DNA of 64,000 nucleotides from SAR86 cluster bacterium (GTDB lineage Bacteria; Pseudomonadota; Gammaproteobacteria; Magnimaribacterales; TMED112): NCBI GenBank assembly GCA_023703555.1, contig CP097968.1, positions 765,168 to 829,167 of the forward strand, read 5' to 3'. Shown piece by piece: positions 57,537 to 64,000 of this stretch (position 1 is its first letter; each line of letters starts with the position of its first letter). The notes under the pieces were generated by a model. It saw only the letters and a program-made list of their open reading frames with translations, ran no database searches and was not told where the DNA came from. The position numbers and the translations under genes were made by a program.

Positions 57537-58338
57537 TTATCACAAATTTGATATTCACCTTGCAGCAAGTATTGGAGTTGTAGGTTCAATTATTTTTGAA
57601 TGTCTAAAATCAAAGGGTAAATACAAAGTTAAGCTAAATGAACTTTTTTCTTTACTTTCTTATCTGAATAAAGACGAAATACTAATTAACATTGTAAAAC
57701 TTGAAGATAGTGGCCTTATTTTTTTTGACCGAAGCAAAGAAACTCTTTCAGTTTTTGGCGTTAACCGAAAGGTGAAGCTTCGCAATGCTGTTGCTAAAGA
57801 GGGCATGTCAATTAGCAGAGATTGGCGTCCGTCTGAAGATACCCTAGAAATTATTAAACGTTCAGGCATTAATTCATCGTTTATCGAAGAACAACTACCT
57901 GAATTTGTGATCTATTGGCTGGAGCAACCCAAGCTATTAGTATCATATAATTCAAAATTTATAGAACATATTAGAATGAAATGGGCTCAATATAATGCTG
58001 AAATAAATACAAAAAAAGATCCTCATCCCATAGCAGATGATTGGACCCCAAGCGATGACTGTCACGATATTTTGCAAATGACAGGCATCGAGGATTCCTT
58101 TATACACGACCACCTACCAGAATTTATAATGTACTGGAAAGATGATGGTCGTGCTTTTAGATCATGGGATGTAAAGTTTTTGGAATATGCCAAAAATAAA
58201 TGGAATTTTCTTAACAAAGAATCAAAAGCTTCTGTAAGAGAAAATTTTGATTTCTATATTCCAAGTGAACCTGAGAAAACAAAACAAAAAAGAGAGAAAA
58301 ATATAGTGAAAAATTTGCGAGATAAATATAAAATCTAG
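57529..58338 (+). CDS. Protein with two tandem DnaT-like (primosomal protein DnaT C-terminal) domains
   Basis: 269 aa. Internal repeat: aa 95-155 reads SRDWRPSEDTLEIIKRSGI..FIEEQLPEFVIYW...SYNSKFIEHIRMKW. aa 167-226 reads ADDWTPSDDCHDILQMTGI..FIHDHLPEFIMYW...SWDVKFLEYAKNKW. Both resemble E. coli DnaT DWQPDADF...ELASFIAYW...VQWQQKL as I recall it. Confidence 0.5.
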   Translation: MDNYHKFDIHLAASIGVVGSIIFECLKSKGKYKVKLNELFSLLSYLNKDEILINIVKLEDSGLIFFDRSKETLSVFGVNRKVKLRNAVAKEGMSISRDWRPSEDTLEIIKRSGINSSFIEEQLPEFVIYWLEQPKLLVSYNSKFIEHIRMKWAQYNAEINTKKDPHPIADDWTPSDDCHDILQMTGIEDSFIHDHLPEFIMYWKDDGRAFRSWDVKFLEYAKNKWNFLNKESKASVRENFDFYIPSEPEKTKQKREKNIVKNLRDKYKI

Positions 58339-58355
58339 CCTCGCAAATTAAGATT

Positions 58356-59357
58356 ATGAATAAAAAAAATATAAGAACGTCATTTATTATTGTTATTGCG
58401 GTTAGTATATGGATGCTCCTTGGGCTTTTCGCGCCAACAAAAAATGAATCGGTAACGTATGTTCCTCAAAAACAAACCGTATTAACTTCTTATTCAGTTG
58501 CGAAAGATTATCAGCTTCCTATTTACTCAAAAATTGAATCAGAAGCGTTCTCTAAAGTAGATTTAAGATCACAAACTTCTGAACGAGTAAGAAAAATACA
58601 TCACCAAAATGGAGATTTTGTTCAGGAAGGAAATATAATTTGTGAGCTTGACTCGGGACAAAGACAAGCAAACTATAAAAGAGCTGAAATCGAGTATGCA
58701 TCACAGAAAGAGCTCAATAAAAAAGGATTATCTTCAGAATCTTCATTGGTCACTTCCGAGACTGCATTTGAAAGCGCCAAAATTGAGTTAGACCGAACAA
58801 AAATACGGGCACCATTTGGTGGATTTATCGAAGATATGGCTAAAGAGGGGCAGTTGCTTCAAAACGGCCAAAAATGTGGAACACTTATATCATTATCACC
58901 TTTAAAAATCGTGGGTAATATTTCTGAACTTTTAGTTTCAAAAATAAAACTAGGCCAAGAGGCAAAAATAAAATTTGTTGGAGGTTCGGAATTTATGTCA
59001 AATATCACATTTATAAGCTCGACCGCTGATCCTCAAACAAAAACCTTTAGAGTTGAGACAGAGTTGAGCAATTTAGAAAATTCTATTAAAGACGGTCTTA
59101 CAGGTGAAATGTTGATCTACACTGATCCAGTTAAAGCACATTTTGTTCCAACTTCAGCTTTTATTTTGGCAGATGATGGAGATGTAGCTCTTGCCCAAGT
59201 GGTTAATGAAGGTAAAGTTGAAATTGAAGTTGTGGATGTATTACGTGACACTATTGACGGGGCATGGGTTACAGGACTTTCCGACGTTGCAAGGATAATT
59301 ATTGGTGGCCAAGGCTTTGTAAAAGAGGGTGAGGAAGTAAATTTCCAAGATAAATAA
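58356..59357 (+). CDS. RND efflux periplasmic adaptor (membrane fusion protein)
   Basis: 333 aa with an N-terminal TM anchor. It has a coiled-coil hairpin region and IRAPFGGFIED, typical of the HlyD/AcrA family. It is directly upstream of the RND pump. Confidence 0.8.
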   Translation: MNKKNIRTSFIIVIAVSIWMLLGLFAPTKNESVTYVPQKQTVLTSYSVAKDYQLPIYSKIESEAFSKVDLRSQTSERVRKIHHQNGDFVQEGNIICELDSGQRQANYKRAEIEYASQKELNKKGLSSESSLVTSETAFESAKIELDRTKIRAPFGGFIEDMAKEGQLLQNGQKCGTLISLSPLKIVGNISELLVSKIKLGQEAKIKFVGGSEFMSNITFISSTADPQTKTFRVETELSNLENSIKDGLTGEMLIYTDPVKAHFVPTSAFILADDGDVALAQVVNEGKVEIEVVDVLRDTIDGAWVTGLSDVARIIIGGQGFVKEGEEVNFQDK

Positions 59358-62300
59358 TGGGAATAGTAACTACAGCTGTAAGTAAATTTAGAACCACTTT
59401 ACTAATTATGCTCTTTTGTGTAGTGGCAGGTGTTCTGGGAAGAGCAAATATGCCAATCGCATCAAACCCTAACATCACCCTTCCATTTGTAAACGTCTCG
59501 GTATTCCTTGAAGGAGCATCTCCAGAGGATATGGCTAGACTCGTATCTAAACCACTTGAAAATCGTTTTCTAAGATTAGAAGGCAAAGATGAGGTTTATT
59601 CAATCAATGGAAATAGTTTTACTTATGTCAGAATTCGGTATGACGTTGATTACGATATAGATCAGGCATTAATTGATGTAGAAAGAGCAGTTAGTGAAGT
59701 TAGAAATCAGCTTCCTCCTGAAGTAGATTATGTAGGCGTTCAGGAATTTGCAGATAATGACCAACCTATTCTAACTTATTCTTTGTATGGATTTAGTAAT
59801 CTGAGGTCGGGATTTTTTATTGCAAAAACCATTGAAGACAGATTGGAAAAGATTCCAGGTATTCTTGATATTTCTATCGATGGTGTACCTGAAGAATTGC
59901 TTGAGGTAGAAGTAATAAAATCAAAACTTGAAAGCACATCAGTAAGCCTTCAGGAAATTGCCAATGCTGTAAGATATAACAATGTTTTAATACCAGCTGG
60001 CTTTCAAGATACAGGCTCTGGCAGCTTTGCAGTTGAAATACCAAGTGTTTTTGAAACAAGGGACGACGTCTACAACCTTCCAATAAAATCTTCAGGCAAT
60101 AAAATTGTAAAACTTGGGGATGTTGCAGAAATAAAAAGAACTTTTAAAGATCCTACAAGTTTTTCGAGGGTAAATGGTTTTGATGCTATTACCTTGTCAA
60201 TAGTAAAGAGAACTGGCTTCAATGAACTGCAAATATCTGATGCGGTAAAGAAAGAAATTGAACTCATAAAATCTGAGTATCCAACCTTAAATATTGAGCC
60301 AGGAATGGATTTTACTAAACTTGCAGGAGATCAAGTCAGTGAGTTATCAGGGAATATCTTAACAGCAGTTGTGTTAGTAATGGTAATAGTTGTAGCCGCG
60401 CTAGGTCTTAGGAACGGCATTATCGTTGGTATAGCTATACCATTCTCATTTCTAGCTACATTCGGAGTGTTGCATTTCATTCTCGGATATGAATTTAACT
60501 TTTTAGTAATGTTCGGAATGCTTCTTGGTTTAGGAATGTTAATCGATGGTGGGATTGTAATAGTCGAATATGCAGATAAGTTGATTGATGCTGGTCAGAG
60601 TCGCCAAGATGCATATCAAAATGCTGCAAAAAGAATGTTTACTCCTGTTGTGGCTTCTGTTTTAACAACATGTGCAGCATTCACACCCTTGATGATTTGG
60701 CCAGGAGTTCCTGGAAAATTTATGAGATTTCTTCCAATCACAGTTTTTACTGTTTTAATAGCATCATTAGCATATGCTTTAATCTTTGCACCTGTAATTG
60801 GTTCGTTATTCGGTAGAAAGAAGAAAAATTCTGATCTTAAAAATGAAAATGAAAAAGGTCTTATTAAGCGTGGTTATTCTAAGGCAATTAGCTTTGCCAC
60901 AAAAAATCCATTAGAAACAATTGCGTATACAGTCTTGGTGGTCTTTTTGATAATACCACTTGGCGTAGTTGGGAATTATGGAAAAAGTTTTGTTTACTTT
61001 CCAAATATTGATCCGTGGATAATAAATGTAAACGTTCAAGCAAGAGGCAATGTATCACCACTTGAAGGTCGAGATATGGTTATGGACCTTGAGGAAAAAC
61101 TTATTGATGTAAGGGGTGTTGAAGACTTACTCATGACTGCGAAAACTACTGAATGGGGTGGTGGTGACGGTGTTGCTAGAGGTTATATTCTTGTTGAGGA
61201 CCTAAAAACTCTTGATTACACTGGTTGGGATGTTCTAAATATGGCGAGAGAAGCTGTCAAGGATACCGCAGGCTACAAAATTAATATTAGAGAGCTTCAA
61301 GAAGGCCCCGGGCAATGGACTGATCCGGTAGAAATAAAGCTTTTAAGTGAAGACAGAGGTTTAATCGATAAAAAAACAGCCCAATTAAGAGATTTCATTG
61401 AAAACAACATTGATGGCTTAACTGGTATAGCTGATACAACTCCCAAGTACAAAATTGAGTGGAAGTTAGATGTCGATAAAGAGCGTGCATTTCAAGCAGG
61501 AATTAATTTGTTTGAAATAGGATCAGCTGTACAAATGGTCACAACTGGCATAAAGCTTGGTGAATATAGACCAGATGACTCTCAAGAAGAGATTGACATT
61601 AGAGCACGTTTTCCAGCTGAGCAAAGGAATCTCTCAAGCCTTGATCTCATTACTGTAAATACTCGAAACGGTCCCGTACCAGTTTCGAGCTTTGTAGATG
61701 TTAAAGCAAGACCTAATGCTACATCATTGAATAAGTTAGATGGAAAATTCTTTCATGAGATTAGTGGTATTAATGTCCCTGGATATAACCTTTACGAGGA
61801 AATAGAAGAAATAAAGAAATGGATGAGAGATACAAATTTTAATGATCCAAGAATGGAGGTAAGGTTTGGCGGTCTAACCCAAGAGGGTGATGAAGCAGAA
61901 TCTTTTTTAACTTATGCATTTTTAGGTGCAATATTTTTAATGTTTTTGATATTGGTTACACAATTCAATAGTCTGGTGCAGCCATTCATAATACTTATTT
62001 CTGTCGCATTTTCTACAGCTGGAGTTTTCCTTGGCTTGACTATTGCTCAAGCAGAGCCCTCTACTGTTATGACCGGTACTGCAATAGTTGGTCTTGCTGG
62101 TATCGTGGTAAATAATAATATTGTCTTAATTGATACCTATAACAGGCTCAAACTTGAAAATCCAAAGGTCTCAGCTGAAGACCTTATACAGAGAACTTGT
62201 CTAGATAGATTGAGGCCAGTATTGCTAACCTCAATTACAACTATATTTGGCTTAATATTTCTTGCTAATGGCTACAGTGTTGATCTGTATAATCAGACTG

Positions 62301-62437
62301 TTTATGAAGGAACATCAACAGTCAAATGGTATCAAAACTTTGGTATTAGTATTTGCTGGGGGCTTGGCTTTAGTACAATCCTTACACTTTTGGTAACCCC
62401 TTCATTCTTAATGGTCTTTGAGAAAATGAATGTCTAG
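59357..62437 (+). CDS. RND efflux transporter permease (AcrB/HAE family)
   Basis: 1026 aa with the 12-TM, two large periplasmic loop architecture. The conserved TM4 region reads GLGMLIDGGIVIVE. No outer-membrane factor gene is adjacent. Confidence 0.9.
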   Translation: MGIVTTAVSKFRTTLLIMLFCVVAGVLGRANMPIASNPNITLPFVNVSVFLEGASPEDMARLVSKPLENRFLRLEGKDEVYSINGNSFTYVRIRYDVDYDIDQALIDVERAVSEVRNQLPPEVDYVGVQEFADNDQPILTYSLYGFSNLRSGFFIAKTIEDRLEKIPGILDISIDGVPEELLEVEVIKSKLESTSVSLQEIANAVRYNNVLIPAGFQDTGSGSFAVEIPSVFETRDDVYNLPIKSSGNKIVKLGDVAEIKRTFKDPTSFSRVNGFDAITLSIVKRTGFNELQISDAVKKEIELIKSEYPTLNIEPGMDFTKLAGDQVSELSGNILTAVVLVMVIVVAALGLRNGIIVGIAIPFSFLATFGVLHFILGYEFNFLVMFGMLLGLGMLIDGGIVIVEYADKLIDAGQSRQDAYQNAAKRMFTPVVASVLTTCAAFTPLMIWPGVPGKFMRFLPITVFTVLIASLAYALIFAPVIGSLFGRKKKNSDLKNENEKGLIKRGYSKAISFATKNPLETIAYTVLVVFLIIPLGVVGNYGKSFVYFPNIDPWIINVNVQARGNVSPLEGRDMVMDLEEKLIDVRGVEDLLMTAKTTEWGGGDGVARGYILVEDLKTLDYTGWDVLNMAREAVKDTAGYKINIRELQEGPGQWTDPVEIKLLSEDRGLIDKKTAQLRDFIENNIDGLTGIADTTPKYKIEWKLDVDKERAFQAGINLFEIGSAVQMVTTGIKLGEYRPDDSQEEIDIRARFPAEQRNLSSLDLITVNTRNGPVPVSSFVDVKARPNATSLNKLDGKFFHEISGINVPGYNLYEEIEEIKKWMRDTNFNDPRMEVRFGGLTQEGDEAESFLTYAFLGAIFLMFLILVTQFNSLVQPFIILISVAFSTAGVFLGLTIAQAEPSTVMTGTAIVGLAGIVVNNNIVLIDTYNRLKLENPKVSAEDLIQRTCLDRLRPVLLTSITTIFGLIFLANGYSVDLYNQTVYEGTSTVKWYQNFGISICWGLGFSTILTLLVTPSFLMVFEKMNV

Positions 62438-62439
62438 GT

Positions 62440-62643
62440 ATGGCAAAATTTGAAGACTCAATTAAAGAACTAGAAAAAATTGTAAAAATACTCGAAGAGG
62501 GTGAACCTAGTCTAGAAGAATCACTCAGTAAATTTGAAAAAGGCATTAAATTAATAAAGGCTTGCCAAAAAGAACTTGAAGATGCTGAAAATACCATAAA
62601 AGAACTTACTGAAGATGGCACAATTAAACCACTCGAAGAATAG
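62440..62643 (+). CDS. xseB: Exodeoxyribonuclease VII small subunit
   Basis: 67 aa. FEDSIKELEKIVKILEEGEPSLEESLSKFEKGIKLIKACQKEL matches XseB. The xseB-ispA-dxs order is canonical. Confidence 0.85.
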   Translation: MAKFEDSIKELEKIVKILEEGEPSLEESLSKFEKGIKLIKACQKELEDAENTIKELTEDGTIKPLEE

Positions 62644-63499
62644 TCAAAAAATTTCTGAGAACAGTCTCACGCAAAGAATAAACAACAATATATTGTCGTT
62701 AGCGTTACCAAAAAATGATATTTCTAAGGCAATGAATTATGCGCTTCTTAATCCTGGCAAAAGAGTTCGTCCAATCCTTTTATATTTAGTAGCGGACGCA
62801 CTCAATCTAGACCTCAAAAAAATAGACCCAATAGCTTTAAGCGTAGAACTAATTCATACATATTCTCTTATACATGATGATCTTCCCTGTATGGATGATG
62901 ATGATTTTAGAAGAGGTCAGCAATCTTTACATAAGAAATTTTCTGAATCAACAGCCATTCTATCTGGAGATGCGATGCAATCAGAAGCTTTTAAAATAAT
63001 TGCCGAAAATAATTATCTCAATGCAGTAGAGAAAGTTAGTGTTATATCTGAACTCGCTGAGGTTATCGGTGCTAATGGAATGATTCTAGGCCAATACAAA
63101 GACATATTGTTTGAAAATACTGAGCCAACAAAAAATGAAATATTAGAGATGGCAAGGTTAAAAACAAGCTTACTTATTGAATTTTGTATCCTTTGCCCTG
63201 TAAAAACTTTTGCTAGTCTTAATAAAGCATGGCTAAATCTTGCTAGATCGGTTGGTGAAGGATTTCAACTGGTTGATGACTTGCTTGATTTGTCACAAAC
63301 ATCGCAGCATATTGGGAAAACAGCAAAAAAAGATTTAATGAACAACAAAAAGACCTTTCCAATATATTATGGAAAAGATGCAACGGAAGTTGAAATAGAC
63401 AAGAGATCAAAAATTTCAAAAGAATCTTTGGTTAAGCTTGGATTACATAACTGTCTTCTTTCCGAATATATTGAAAAATTGTTTCATAGAACAAACTGA
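62615..63499 (+). CDS. ispA: Farnesyl diphosphate synthase
   Basis: 294 aa. It has GKRVRPILLY, the FARM motif LIHDDLPCMDDDDFRRG and the SARM motif FQLVDDLLD. Confidence 0.85.
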   Translation: MAQLNHSKNSQKISENSLTQRINNNILSLALPKNDISKAMNYALLNPGKRVRPILLYLVADALNLDLKKIDPIALSVELIHTYSLIHDDLPCMDDDDFRRGQQSLHKKFSESTAILSGDAMQSEAFKIIAENNYLNAVEKVSVISELAEVIGANGMILGQYKDILFENTEPTKNEILEMARLKTSLLIEFCILCPVKTFASLNKAWLNLARSVGEGFQLVDDLLDLSQTSQHIGKTAKKDLMNNKKTFPIYYGKDATEVEIDKRSKISKESLVKLGLHNCLLSEYIEKLFHRTN

Positions 63500-64000
63500 T
63501 GAAAATTTATAAAGAGTTCCCAAAAACAAAGCCAATAACACCACTATTGGAAAAAATTGAAAGTCCAAAAGATACAAGAGCTCTAAAATACAACGACTTA
63601 AACAAGCTTGCAGATGAAGTCAGAGAATTTTTATTGTTCTCTGTAAGTCAATCGGGCGGTCATTTTGGAGCTGGATTAGGGGCTATAGAACTCACAATAG
63701 CACTTCATCATGTCCTAAAAATGCCTCTTGATAAGATTATTTGGGATACAGGTCATCAAGCATATCCGCATAAAATCCTTACTGGAAGAAAAGACTTGAT
63801 GCATAAAATTAGACAATTAGATGGTCTTGCAGCTTTTCCTGCCATAAGCGAATCTGAATTTGACTCACTTACAGTTGGTCACTCGAGCACCTCAATAAGC
63901 GCTGCTCTTGGAATGGCACAAGGTTCAAAATTAAATGATTTAAACAAAAATATATTCGCAGTTATTGGAGATGGAGCTATGACCGCAGGTATTGCCTTTG
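63499..64000 (+). CDS. dxs: 1-deoxy-D-xylulose-5-phosphate synthase; N-terminal part, runs off the window end
   Basis: Not in the ORF track. The ATG at 63499 overlaps the ispA TGA. My translation reads MKIYKEFPKTKPITPLLEKIESPKDTRAL...GGHFGAGLGAIELTIALHHV...WDTGHQAYPHKILTGRKD. Confidence 0.9.
   Translation, partial: MKIYKEFPKTKPITPLLEKIESPKDTRALKYNDLNKLADEVREFLLFSVSQSGGHFGAGLGAIELTIALHHVLKMPLDKIIWDTGHQAYPHKILTGRKDLMHKIRQLDGLAAFPAISESEFDSLTVGHSSTSISAALGMAQGSKLNDLNKNIFAVIGDGAMTAGIAF

Noticed and set aside
1882..60267. Many 60-146-aa ORFs in the track lie antisense to, or frame-shifted within, confidently identified genes. Examples are 1882..2208, 7113..7340, 43719..44159, 44445..44780, 47546..47869, 48314..48613, 49943..50227, 59299..59586 and 60070..60267
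   Set aside because: Each is fully contained in a longer ORF with clear family motifs. Their products are Ser/Leu/Phe/Ile-rich, as expected for antisense reading of AT-rich coding DNA. None has recognisable motifs.
1..64000. Looked for mobile elements, integrases, CRISPR arrays, toxin-antitoxin or known defence-system genes, and for a tRNA-Leu 3'-end direct repeat marking an att site
   Set aside because: None was recognised by eye. Every sizeable ORF has a metabolic, glycan or housekeeping assignment or is a small orphan within the glycan island. A repeat search needs computation, so its absence is not proven.

Overview
This is an AT-rich, very gene-dense bacterial chromosome segment. About 66 of the 69 CDS calls sit within 30 nt of a neighbour or overlap it. 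Gene content and order point to a genome-streamlined gammaproteobacterium, plausibly a marine planktonic lineage; the taxon is inference only. The supporting orders are gyrA-serC-chorismate mutase-tyrA-aroA-cmk-rpsA, infC-rpmI-rplT-pheS-pheT, pntAA-pntAB-pntB, ubiG-HAD-yciK and xseB-ispA-dxs. The left ~27 kb (569..27306, almost all minus strand) is a lower-GC surface-glycan island. It encodes a WecA-like initiating transferase, GalE, several GT-A glycosyltransferases, a sulfotransferase and an LbH acetyltransferase. It also encodes a fused ABC exporter, a Wzy/EpsG-like polymerase, a Wzz-like protein, a giant Wza-like OPX protein and YjbH. Precursor genes present are neuC/neuB/neuA, gmd/fcl, a UDP-glucuronate-4-epimerase-like SDR and a short Ugd-like dehydrogenase. 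A PAPS-supply module (cysD, cysNC, DUF2061, cysQ) lies directly next to the island. One plus-strand gene inside the island encodes a secreted acidic protein ending in (TPEP)n and (GT)24 repeats. The right half is housekeeping: methyl cycle, translation, aromatic amino acid genes, gyrA, transhydrogenase, scpAB, DAHP synthase, an RND pump and isoprenoid genes. tRNA-Leu(UAA) and tRNA-Cys(GCA) are embedded inside minus-strand gene runs. I saw no transposase, integrase, CRISPR array or recognisable defence system. The observations most worth following up are the sialic/fucose/sulfate glycan island with its own PAPS supply, the mucin-like repeat protein and a candidate novel sialyltransferase. Others are a cytidylyltransferase-cupin fusion between metK and ahcY, a domain-minimal PheRS and a tandem DnaT-like-domain protein. 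All family calls come from reading motifs by eye; no searches were run.
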